Of a DNA stretch of 64,000 nucleotides, positions 1 through 9,900 are shown in pieces; position 1 is the first letter of the stretch; each line of letters begins with the position of its first letter. A model generated the notes under the pieces. It was not told the DNA's origin and did no database searches. It saw only the letters and a program-made list of their open reading frames with translations. Both the position numbers and the translations under genes were made by a program. The DNA comes from a virus (Duplodnaviria; Caudoviricetes). The stretch lies in the IMG/VR virus record IMGVR_UViG_2773857766_000004, positions 52,292 through 116,291 of that record. One strand, 5' to 3'.

Positions 1-273
1 GCCGTTGCACACGGTCAGCGGCTGCCCGCGGCCTGCGCGGTCGATGTAGGGCGTGCCGATGTGCCGCCCGCTGGACTCGTATTCCGATCCCATGACCATG
101 GCGATCTTCACGGCCGGCGACGTGCCGGGGTCGGCAGCCACGGCCTGCACGTATTCATTGCGCTGCGCGGCGTCGGTGGCGTGCTGCGCAATGTAGGTGC
201 CGCCGCCCAGGCCGGCCAGCAGCACCAGGGCTGCCAGCTTCTGCGCCAGCTGGCGCGGGACGCGGCTGGTCAC
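1..273 (-). CDS. Endolysin, GH24 lysozyme with N-terminal SAR-like segment (runs off window)
   Basis: Manual translation from GTG at 273, overlapping the holin stop: MTSRVPRQLAQKLAALVLLAGLGGGTYIAQ...EYESSGRHIGTPYIDRAGRGQPLTVCNG; E...D...T pattern of phage lysozymes. Confidence 0.82.
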   Translation of the reverse strand, partial: MTSRVPRQLAQKLAALVLLAGLGGGTYIAQHATDAAQRNEYVQAVAADPGTSPAVKIAMVMGSEYESSGRHIGTPYIDRAGRGQPLTVCNG

Positions 274-572
274 TCGTCCACCTCGAGGCGGCCCAGGTCC
301 GTGTCCTCATGGAACACCGGCACGCCCGTGGCGCGCATCACGTCCATGCGCATCTGCCGCTCGCTCTCCCAGCGTTCGTACTCCTTGGCCTGTCGCCTGT
401 TGGCCTCGCGCTTGTAGTACCAGGTGATGAGCAGGCCGATCACGGCGACGGCCGCGCCGACATAGGCCGCCAGGTCCGCCGCCGACATTTTCCCGGCGAC
501 AGCCACGGATCCACCGATGATGGTGGCCTTGTTGCCGGCGGCGCCGATGGCTTCGAGGGTTTCGGTTTTCAT
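270..572 (-). CDS. Holin
   Basis: 100 aa with hydrophobic segments (AAYVGAAVAVIGLLITWYY) and a charged C-terminus, directly upstream of the endolysin. Confidence 0.78.
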   Translation of the reverse strand: MKTETLEAIGAAGNKATIIGGSVAVAGKMSAADLAAYVGAAVAVIGLLITWYYKREANRRQAKEYERWESERQMRMDVMRATGVPVFHEDTDLGRLEVDE

Positions 573-580
573 AGGCCCGG

Positions 581-618
581 ATCATTCCGGGCCGGCGCGG
601 TTCTGACGAACCCTATAC
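581..618 (-). promoter_or_regulatory. Putative late promoter 1 (lysis)
   Basis: GTATAGGGT-TCGTCA-N17-AATGAT, ATG 8 nt downstream; same spacing at five other sites. Confidence 0.7.
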
Positions 619-1134
619 GGGGGCGAACCGCGCCGCCGCGGCCCGGAGGACGCACGGATCGAAGCGCTCGGGGTCCGGGAAGCCGGCCGCCGCGGCCACC
701 GCTTCCGAGCATGTCCAGCGCGAGGCCTTCTGAGGGATCGCCCACGCGACGAAGCCGAGGACCAGCTGCCAGTCGTAGAGCGCACCCTGGTGCTCGAGGA
801 ACCACCGCGCCGCCCGCTGCGCGTCGCCGGGCAGCGGAAGCAGCTCCCACCGGGCCGGCTCCAACACCACCCTCTTCAACCGGACACCGCCTGTCCGCCC
901 GGCCCGGCGCGCCGAGTGCACGGGCACCGGCTCGGCCGCCACGCTCGACCCGCACCACAGAGCCCCGTCCGGGCCGGCTGCGCACGTGCCGTCGGGCATG
1001 AGCGCGTCCACGCCGTCGCCTGGCTCGAATACCAGCTCGGTGTGGCTGTACGGGCCGCCCAGGCGAAAACGGATGGCGCGGTTGGCCAGGCCCTGGAGCC
1101 CCGGGCGGGTGCCGGTGTAGGAAGCAAGCAGCAT
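613..1134 (-). CDS. Permuted papain-like (YaeF/YiiX, C92-like) amidase/peptidase
   Basis: Likely start MLLASY at 1134; His motif YSHTELV precedes Cys motif WTCSE, the circularly permuted NlpC/P60 order. Confidence 0.65.
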   Translation of the reverse strand: MLLASYTGTRPGLQGLANRAIRFRLGGPYSHTELVFEPGDGVDALMPDGTCAAGPDGALWCGSSVAAEPVPVHSARRAGRTGGVRLKRVVLEPARWELLPLPGDAQRAARWFLEHQGALYDWQLVLGFVAWAIPQKASRWTCSEAVAAAAGFPDPERFDPCVLRAAAARFAPV

Positions 1135-1136
1135 GG

Positions 1137-1691
1137 TCAGTCCCTGTGCACGGTGTGCAGCTCGTCTTCCACGGACACCGGCCAGCCGCCGGTGAAATCG
1201 TAGGCGCCAGGATCGGCAGAAGCTTCCATGGCGACGCGGTGTGCTTCGGCAGCCGCGAACACCGCCATGTCGCTCGCTGCGGTGGCGTTGAAGATCGACA
1301 GGGCCAGGGCCGGCGTCATGGTGACGAACACAGGCGGCGGCGCCGAGGTGAGCGTCTTCCATTGGATTCCGGCCGGCATGGCCTGCCCCATGAGCATCAG
1401 GGACATCTGCTGGATGCGGCTGGCGTCATCGGAGTGGAACCAGTTCTCCCCGATCTTCACGCCCAGGTACTTGCGCCGGTCGCGCTCGGCCTTGATCCGC
1501 TCCCACACCTCCGTGGCTGGCACCGGATCTGCAGGCTCGGGCACGCCGCCAGCCGCAATCCATGCCATGTAGGCGATGTAGTCCGGATTGGTATTGGGCG
1601 CCATCGGTGAATCAGACGTTGGTATGGTGGACCGAACACCGTCGTCCCAGCGATACACGATATTTTCACGGGTTAATTGGTATATGCTCAT
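1137..1691 (-). CDS. DUF4376-like tail fibre-associated/chaperone protein
   Basis: WERIKAERDRRK...WFHSDDASRIQQ...YDFTGGWP pattern; follows the fibre-like gene. Confidence 0.65.
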   Translation of the reverse strand: MSIYQLTRENIVYRWDDGVRSTIPTSDSPMAPNTNPDYIAYMAWIAAGGVPEPADPVPATEVWERIKAERDRRKYLGVKIGENWFHSDDASRIQQMSLMLMGQAMPAGIQWKTLTSAPPPVFVTMTPALALSIFNATAASDMAVFAAAEAHRVAMEASADPGAYDFTGGWPVSVEDELHTVHRD

Positions 1692-2521
1692 GCGTACTGC
1701 CCGCCTGTAAATTTCGAGCCCACAGAATTACCGGGCAAATAGCTTTCCCCCGCACCGTTCACGAAAATCGCAGAATTCGCGAAGACGTTGTATTGGACTC
1801 CCGTAGCTGTTCCGCTGTAGGTATTTTCATTAACTCGCAGAAGCGACAGGCAATCGGCATAAGCAAAAGATGTGGAAAAGTTCGGCGTTCCGGCTAGCGT
1901 GATGGTCCAACCTGCGCAAATAATTTTCGCACCGTTGGAGGCATACCAATGCACCCGTGCGGATCCGCTGATTTTGTATCCCCGCAGTATAATTGTCCCT
2001 GAGCAATTAACATGAAAATTGCCGCAAGCGCCGAAATCAATATCCCCGGCTGACAGCTGACTTCCAATATCCACAGATATTGCATTTCCGCCGAACGTGC
2101 TATCGGAACTGCTCAGCTTGATTCCTGATATGGTGTACTTCCTGGACCCGGCTGGAACATTGATACATGACCCGCTTGCGGTACTAATGCTCGTCGCGGC
2201 GGCGCCCGCGCCCACGATGGCGACCGCGCCTGATCCGATCGGATCTCGTGTTTCAAAAGGCGCGAAAGCCCCGCTGCCGATTGAAATCGTGACGTCGTTG
2301 TTTCCGCAATCAAGACTGGAAACTACGTTAATGGCCTTTTGAATGGTCAGGAAAGCGCCAGCACTGGTGTTCACCAACCCGGTGTTGCTGTCGCTTCCAT
2401 CGGTGCGGACGTAGTAGGTCCGCGCGGCCGACAGCCTCTCGCGCACGTCTTGGAGCGTGTCACCGGCAGGCAACTGCCGGACGCGCCCGCCCACCCTGAC
2501 CAGAGGCCGCCGTACTGCCAT
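1688..2521 (-). CDS. Tail fibre / receptor-binding-like protein
   Basis: TYYVRTDGSDSNTG...AFLTIQKAI motif typical of beta-helix spike N-termini; G/S/T/N-rich, lower-GC body. Confidence 0.55.
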   Translation of the reverse strand: MAVRRPLVRVGGRVRQLPAGDTLQDVRERLSAARTYYVRTDGSDSNTGLVNTSAGAFLTIQKAINVVSSLDCGNNDVTISIGSGAFAPFETRDPIGSGAVAIVGAGAAATSISTASGSCINVPAGSRKYTISGIKLSSSDSTFGGNAISVDIGSQLSAGDIDFGACGNFHVNCSGTIILRGYKISGSARVHWYASNGAKIICAGWTITLAGTPNFSTSFAYADCLSLLRVNENTYSGTATGVQYNVFANSAIFVNGAGESYLPGNSVGSKFTGGQYA

Positions 2522-2522
2522 T

Positions 2523-3053
2523 TCAGAGGATCACGTAGCCCAGATCGTCCGTCACCAGCTCGGTCGCGCTCTTCGCCGTGCCGAGCTCCTGGCAGACCTT
2601 GCCCGCGTTGGCGGTGTCGGTGCCGTCGAGGGGCGCGGAGATCACGCCGCCCGCGGTGCCCAGCCAGTACGTGGCGCCCGGCGTCAGCCCGGTCAGCGCG
2701 GCATTGGTGGTGTCGAGGGGGTATGCCGTGCCGCTCGCTCCGAAGGACACGGCGTCCTTCACGTAGCCGTTCGCCTGACGGCCGTTGCTGTTGTCCGCAA
2801 GGCGCATGTTCAGCGCGCCGGCATTGGCGTGGAAGTTCACGAACTTGCCGGCGCCAATGGCCTCGCTGGCCGGGGCGATCGTCGTGTTGGCTCCGATACC
2901 GGACGGCAGGAGGGTGGTGTCGATCCGGCCGTCGGGCCCGGTCGCCACCAGCTTGCCCGCGTCCGCCGCACCGGCGGAGACGGCGAGCCCGAAGAGCTGG
3001 CGGGTCTTCCCGGCGATTCGGGAAAGGTAGCCCTGGGTGGGTTGAGTTGCCAT
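2523..3053 (-). CDS. Virion structural protein (fibre/cement-like)
   Basis: 176 aa in late operon; LTPGATYWLGTAGG motif shared with the neighbouring gene. Confidence 0.5.
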   Translation of the reverse strand: MATQPTQGYLSRIAGKTRQLFGLAVSAGAADAGKLVATGPDGRIDTTLLPSGIGANTTIAPASEAIGAGKFVNFHANAGALNMRLADNSNGRQANGYVKDAVSFGASGTAYPLDTTNAALTGLTPGATYWLGTAGGVISAPLDGTDTANAGKVCQELGTAKSATELVTDDLGYVIL

Positions 3054-3057
3054 GGTT

Positions 3058-3558
3058 CTACTCCAGTGCGATGGGGTCTTGAAGGTTGAGAAGAAGGCGG
3101 GTCGGCGACAGCGCCGTGCCGATCAGCACATCGAAGCCAACCGCGGGCGCGGCGGTGGTGAGAGCTCCACCGAGCCCCAGATAGATGCGTTGTCCTGGCG
3201 TCCAGGACCAGGCGGAATCCGTGATGACACCCGAGCGCTGCACGTTGATGGGCTGGCCAGGGTCGGCAGCCGTGAGCGTGATACCCAGCAGCAGGTACAC
3301 GTGGTCCTCGTCGTCCTTGTCCAGCGCGTACACGCGGCCGGCCGCGTCTTCCCACGCGGCGATGAGGGCGGAAAGCGTGGAGCCGGCGACGCGCGACACG
3401 GTGGCGCCACCGGCTGGGCCGACTTCCCCGCGCGGGCCGGGTGGACCCTGCTCGGCGTCGGCCACCACCTGGATGACCTCCACCTCTTCGCGCAGCACGG
3501 AACTGTCGGCCTCCTGCGCCAGGATGGTGGTGACCTCTTCCACCAGCACATCAGCCAC
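3058..3558 (-). CDS. Virion structural protein with short collagen-like GPPGPRG stretch
   Basis: 166 aa; QGPPGPRGEVGPAG and WTPGQRIYLGLGG. Confidence 0.5.
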   Translation of the reverse strand: MADVLVEEVTTILAQEADSSVLREEVEVIQVVADAEQGPPGPRGEVGPAGGATVSRVAGSTLSALIAAWEDAAGRVYALDKDDEDHVYLLLGITLTAADPGQPINVQRSGVITDSAWSWTPGQRIYLGLGGALTTAAPAVGFDVLIGTALSPTRLLLNLQDPIALE

Positions 3559-3910
3559 GCGTCACCTCCTTGGAGACGCCGATGGAGCCCTCGGCCAGGC
3601 GGGTGACATCGCCGCTGGGGTGCACGATCTCCAGATCCCACACGCCAGATTCCCAGCCCATGGCCGCGGTGGCCGCGTCGCTCAGGTACAGGTCCACCGT
3701 GCCCGATGCGCCGCCCAGCGTGATGCCACCGTTCTCGGTGGTCAGGTCTGCCAGCGTGGTCGGGGTCTCCTTTTCCAGGCGGACCTGCATGCGCGCCGTC
3801 GCGCCCGTCAGGTCGATGGGCGCGCCGGTAGGGGACTCCCACCGCAGGCGTTTGCGGAAGGTCGCGCCCTGGTAGATAGTGAGCTTCTTGAGCTTGGCCG
3901 GGGTGGACAT
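3551..3910 (-). CDS. Ig-like/BppU-like virion protein
   Basis: LTIYQGATF...PIDLTGATARMQVR...VWDLEI...RLAEG pattern. Confidence 0.55.
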   Translation of the reverse strand: MSTPAKLKKLTIYQGATFRKRLRWESPTGAPIDLTGATARMQVRLEKETPTTLADLTTENGGITLGGASGTVDLYLSDAATAAMGWESGVWDLEIVHPSGDVTRLAEGSIGVSKEVTRG

Positions 3911-3917
3911 GCCGGGC

Positions 3918-3955
3918 AGTTTCCCGCCCGGCAGCCACCTCGCCTAACCCTATGC
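3918..3955 (-). promoter_or_regulatory. Putative late promoter 2
   Basis: GCATAGGGT-TAGGCG-N17-GAAACT, ATG 7 nt downstream. Confidence 0.7.
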
Positions 3956-6900
3956 TGGGGCCTGCCCTGCCTCGCGCGCTGCTTCGCGCATCTGCTGGCG
4001 CAGGGCCTTCGGCGCGGTGTCGGCGATCCGCTGCGTGCGGTCCTTGCCCATCTCGCGCACGCGCTTCCACACGTCCGGCATCTTCACCACGATCGGCTGC
4101 TCCGGATTGTTTCGGTTCCAGTCAGCCAGACGTTCGCGCGCCTCTGCAAGCGCCGCATCGTCCTTGCGGAAGAGCGCATCCGCCCACTGCGCCTTGATCT
4201 CGCTGCTGGTCTGCGTGTAGAAGGTCTTCGTGCGCTGCATGAAGCTGTTGGCCTCCTGCACCTCGGCCACGCTCTTGGGCTGGAAGCCCAGGAACTTCGC
4301 CCCCGCCTCGGCCAGCGTGGTGTCGATGACCTTGTAGCCCTTCTTGTCCTTATAGATTCCGGTCGCTGCCATGTCCACGCCCTTGACCGCGTTGCGCACC
4401 GCGGTCGGCGCCACCTCCAGCGCTGCGCCCCCCGCATCCCCTGTGAGTAGCTTGCGCCCCGCGGTGAAGCCCCGCGCAATCAAGTCCCCCGCCGGGCCGG
4501 CGACTTCCAGAAGATCGCGCTCGCGGTTCTGCTTCGACAAGAGCAGCCCGGTACCGGGGAGCAGGTTGCCCAGGCCCATACGGCCCGACACGTCCACTGG
4601 CGCACCAGGCAGACCGGAGACACCCTGCTCAACGAAATCGGCGATCTCCTTGCCCATCACGTCCGCCAGCAGTTGCTTGCGCCACTGCTTGCTGCTCAGG
4701 TTGTAGCCCATCATCTGGGCCGCCCCGTCGATCAGATCCTCGGCGTCTTCCATGAAAGGCAGGCCGCCTGCGCCCGACATGAGCAGCAGCATGGCGATGG
4801 CCCAGCCCACGGCCCGCTTTCCTTCCGGTCCGCCCTGAGTCCACATGCGGTGCATCAGCTCCAGGTAGGACACGCTGTAGGTCTTGAAAGTGTTGTGGGT
4901 GATGAACGGCATGCCGTTGCGTCGCGCCACCCATGTGCTGGTCCCTGGAACGATCGGGCACCAGACGCGGCCTGTGTAACGGACGCGCTCCGATTCCTTC
5001 ACCGAGTAGCGTCCGTTTTCGGTTCTTTGCGATTCGCGGATCAGCACCTTCCGGCAGCTCGGACCATGCTTGCTCACTCGGAAACTCTTGCCCAGGATGG
5101 TCAGCGCCATCTGGAAAGTCTCCAGCGTCTGCCCCGGGTTCTGGATGAGGCACCGCTGCCCGGCGGCCGACTCAGAGCCGTCCCCCTCGATCATGCGATC
5201 GACCAGCAATTCAATCTGGGCCTTCGTCATCCGCATCAGCAATGCCGGGGTGAGCTGCTTACCGGGCAGCATCTTGCGCAACACTGCAGCGCTGCTTTTT
5301 TTGATGTTGAACCGGATGTGCGCGGCATTGCCGCCGACGTAGTTCCAGGTCGTTTCGGTGTATTCGAGCCCGGCTGCGTCGAGGTCAGCACGGATCAGGT
5401 CTGCTGTGCGCCCTTCGTTCTGATACAGCTTCAGCGCGCCGCCCCATTCCTCTCGCCCGCGGTTCTTCTTCGTGAACCACCCTTCCGTGACCACCCAACC
5501 CAGCACCCGCGCCTGGGCGTCGGTGATGGGCTCGCCGGTTGGCAGGTGATCGAACGGCGCGGCAGTGGGAATCTGAACCCGGTGAGACGCCGGGATGTCC
5601 TGCGCTTCGGCCACCCCCAACTCCCAATGCGTGGTCCCCCGCTGCGCCCCTTTGGTCCGCTTCCTTTTGTAATGCACCACTCGATGGTCTGGGGTCATGA
5701 GCATGTCCAGCGTCTTGGACTTCGCATGCACCATTTCACCATCGTGATCGAAGATGTGCACCGACGCCATCGGAGCCCAGATGAGCCGCTCTGTGGTCAT
5801 ATCGAACGATGCGAGCATGTCGCCCGGCACCAGGTGGTCGGGGCCGACCCATCCGCGCTGCGTCAGCGCTTCCGTGGTGTCGTCCACACAGAAAAGCGCT
5901 CCCCCCACAGCCCCCCGCGCGAAGCGGGGTTTATTCGCTTTCGAGTACACGAACTGCGTCTCCAGCACCGCCTTGCGGGCGAAGTTGGAAGGCTCGGCCA
6001 TGCCCTGCTCCTTCGCCATCCGATACGCGGCGATGAAGGTGCTGCGGCGGTTGAACTGTTCGGCCAGGGCGAAGGGCTGACCCCACGCCACCTTCACGCG
6101 CTCCCAGTTGTTGGCCACCGCGGCGCGTGCGTCGCCCACCTTCGTTCCGTCGCCCGTGCGGAGCGACCCAGTGCCGCGTGCCTGCGACATCAGCTGATGG
6201 ATCTCCTGCGGGGACACCACACCATCCTCCTCCGCGGACTGCATCGCGGCAGCGAGGTCGGGCTCGTACTGAAAGCCCTTGCGGCTCATGTCCTTGAGGG
6301 CGCGCGCCATCTGGGCGCCGGCCTTGCGCATGCCGCCAAACTGAGACAGCCACGGCATGGTGATCTGGAACGGTTGCATCATGTTCACGGCGGCGGACGC
6401 TACCGAGCCTCCCAGGTACTGGGCGAACAGCATGCCGCGCACGGCCTGGCCCTCCTCCTGGGGATTGGCGATGTAGTCGCGCAGCCCCATGGCCAGGTCT
6501 TTCAGCTCTCCCTGCTCCTTCGGGATGGCGTTGATTGCGCTCTCCATGGTGCCGGCGTTCAGTCCGCCAGCGCCCAGGCGGGCATTAGAGTACACGAAGC
6601 TCGCCAGCACGCGGCCCACGTCCTCGCTGTACCCCGCGACCCCCTTGCGGTGGATCAGGCGCTTGAGCGCGCTGTGGTTGTTCTTGGCCAGTTGCAGGTA
6701 GGCCTGAAATGCCTTGTCCTTCGGGTCGTCGCCCTTGCCGTCCAGCCCCAGCATGCTCCCGAACATTTCCAGGCTCTCGGGGGTGACGCCCGCGAACAGC
6801 TTGAATGCGTCCTGGCTCATGGTGCCCTGGGTGACGGTGGCGCCGGGGAACTGCTTTTCCATCTCGGCCTTCATCCGGTTGGAATCGGCCTTGGTCTCGA

Positions 6901-9900
6901 ACATGCCGAAATATTGGCGATCGCCCGCGGCGTCCACCACATCCACCGTGTAGCGGCCGAAGCGCGACAGCGGGGCATAGCCCTCGTCCATCAGCTGCTG
7001 CGCCCTCTCCTGGGCTTTCACCACCGCGTTGTTCAGCTTCATCAGCCGTTCGGACCATTCGGGCCGATCCCGGGCGTCGTCCATCAGCGTGCGGGTCAGC
7101 AGCTCCACGGCATCGTCAAGGGTTTCCTGCGCCAGCACCGCGTCGCGCATGCCCGCGTACTCATCGCCCAGGCTGCGCAGCATGTCGGCGCGCGCCGTCA
7201 TGTCGATGGAGCGGTCGATGGCGGCCCGGCCCTCTTGGTAGAGGCTCACCTGGTTCGCGTCGAGCCCGAACATGGTTTCCAGCTCCTTCTGGCTCCACAC
7301 CACGCCGGCCTTGAGCACCCGGCTGTTGAAGCTGGTGTTCACGTTGGCCTCGTACATGCCCACGGGCAGGCCCTGCCAGGCGGTCAGGATCTTCGGGTCC
7401 AAGCGGCCGCCGCGCAGCAGCAGTTGGGCCTTCTGGTCGGCCGGCAGATTCTGGTACTTGGCCGTGAGGTCATCCAGCAGCACCGGGGTGCCGTCGATGT
7501 CCCGCGCCCACATCAGCGTGCCCTCGAACAGCGGGCGCGCCACGGCCTTGTTGTCGGCCGCGGTGATCGGCTTCTTGGTCAGGTCGCGCCAGCTGTCCAC
7601 GCGCGGCAGGAGGCGCGGGGCCATGTCGGCCGCGTCGTTGCCCAGCATGGACACGTCATCGATGAAGCGCTGGGCCGACTCGAACACCGGCTTGAACGCG
7701 GGCGCGCGCTCGGCCAGGTGGCGCATCGTGCCGATCGTCTTGTCCCAGAGCGACACCTTGCCGGGGTGGCTCATCGTCTGCGTGATCTGGTCCAGGGCCG
7801 AGTCCTTCAGCGCGGCGATGCGCTCGCGGCTGAACATCACATCCGGACCGGCCCCAGTTTGCGGCAGATCGGCCTCAGTTTTATAATTGGCGCGGAAGCC
7901 GGAAACTCGCTGTACCACCCCAGGCAATTGGAGCCTGGCCGTCGTGGCGAGTTGCCGGCTTTCTTTTTTGTTCGCAAACTGCAGCAGGCCGTCCCGGATC
8001 CAGCGCGTGAACGTGCGGTCCGCGTTGTCCTTCGGGTAGGCGCTGGGCACATAGACCACCTCGGCCCGGTTGCTGGCGCCGTTCGGATCGACGGCCACCA
8101 CCACCGGGTTGCCGCGCACCACCAAGCTCGTCACCACCACCATCCGCCCGGGCTGGGTGTCCGACTTGAACACCATCACGGGATTCGACAGCAGCTCGCC
8201 CAGCCGCTCCAGATCCGCGCGCGGCACGCCGTGCTCGAAATGCATCTTGGCGAGGAGGTTGCGGTTCGTGACCACCGGCTTGCGTACCACGCCCAGCGCC
8301 TCGAGGGCCGCCGGCGTCTCGATGCCGAGCGGCACCTGGGCGCGCAGCGCGCGTTCGTCGTTGTTCAGGCCGGCGGTGATGGCCGCACGCACCTCGGCCG
8401 CGAACCCGGACCGGGCTTCGTCCTGCGCCAGGCTGTACTGCATGGCTGCCGAGCCCATGCCGCGCTCGCGCGCCGCGGCGGCCCGTTCCACCCAGTTGCG
8501 CGCCGGCAGGATGTAGGCCTGGATGATGTCCGCGTCGCGCAGGCGCAGGCTCCCGAACCCGGGCACGTGCTCGCGCAGGAAGTTGCGGATGGCAGCGACG
8601 GCCCGCTGCACGAAGGACAGCTGCGGATTCTTCTCGGCCATCTCCGCCAGCACCTCCTCCGCCGCCCGGGCCCGGCTGATGCGGTCCACGCCGCGCATGC
8701 CGTACTCGGCCATCTTGGCATCCACGTCAGCGCGGCGCATGGTGGCCACCTGGTTCAGGATCTTGTCCAACTCCGGACCGAAGAGCCCCCGCAGGCCGTG
8801 GTGGCCGGCCACCTCGTGGTACAGCACGCGCGCGGCATCCTCCGGCGTGGTCAGGCGCGATGCCATCAGGTACGCCTTGCCGCCGAAGTAGAACCCCTCG
8901 GGTGCACCATGGGCGCCACCTGAGCGCTGGCGCGTGTCCGCGTCGCGCACGCGCTGGGGAATGATGGGGTCGTTCAGGTCGTAGGCGACCACCACCTCGG
9001 GGGCGTTCTGCCAAGCCGCCACGATCGGGCTGACCGTTGCGCGGATGGACTCTACGGCCTGCAGGCGGGCCTCGGGGGAGAACCCATCACCCTTCCCCAT
9101 GATGCGCAGCAGTTCCGCCGCCATGCCCGCGCCCAGGTCGTCTTGGGCGTATCGACGAAACAACGGCTCGCTCTCAGCGGGGCCTCTCTTCCGCGCGTTG
9201 TCGCGGTTCCGCGCGGGCGCAGAGGGCTCATGGGAAGCAGCGGCCGGGGCCGGCGCGGGGTCCACCTCCATCCGGCCAGCCGGGCCCGTCGCATAGTTCA
9301 CCTTGGAGGGTTCGGTCCCGTGGGTGCGTTCAACCGCGCCAGCCTTGTCCGCCCACGCGCCACTCCCGTCCTTCTGCACCTCGCGCACGGTGACGCTCCA
9401 GCGCCCATCCGCGTCCGCCGGCTGGTAGCTGACCACGCGATCGAACCCGCCGCCGTATCCCCGCACAACGTTGCCGGGGGCGAAGTAGGCGGCGCGGCGC
9501 TCCTCGGCCTCCCGCGCTTCGCGCACGGCCTTGCTCTCGCGCTTGGCCTTCGCGTCCTTCATCTTCTCGGGCACGGTCTTCGGCTTGGCTGCCGGGCTCG
9601 CTTCACCCGCCGCGGCGGGTGTTGCAGGCGCGGCGGCCTTTTCCGCCTTCGCGCGTTTCATGCGTTGCGGCACCGTCTCTGCCGCCGCTGGCGGCGCCGG
9701 GGGCGCAGCAGATGCGCTCTCCGAGGCCGGCAGCGCTGGCGCAGGTGCCGGCGCTGTTTCCGCATCCTTGTCGGGGGCTGGGCCGGCCTCCTCCGCCGCC
9801 GCCGTGGGCAACGCGTCGCCGGCAGCCGGGGCCGCGGCCGGCTTCACTGTCTTGGCAGGGTCGCGCACCCAGTCCTTGAATTCGTCCTGCGTCATCTGGG

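Noticed and set aside
4673-8923. 1416-aa plus-strand ORF, and similar long antisense ORFs (18822-20660, 24416-26188, 31316-33727, 37023-38963, 50176-51789)
   Set aside because: Shadow frames of real genes on the other strand in high-GC DNA; no motifs or RBS
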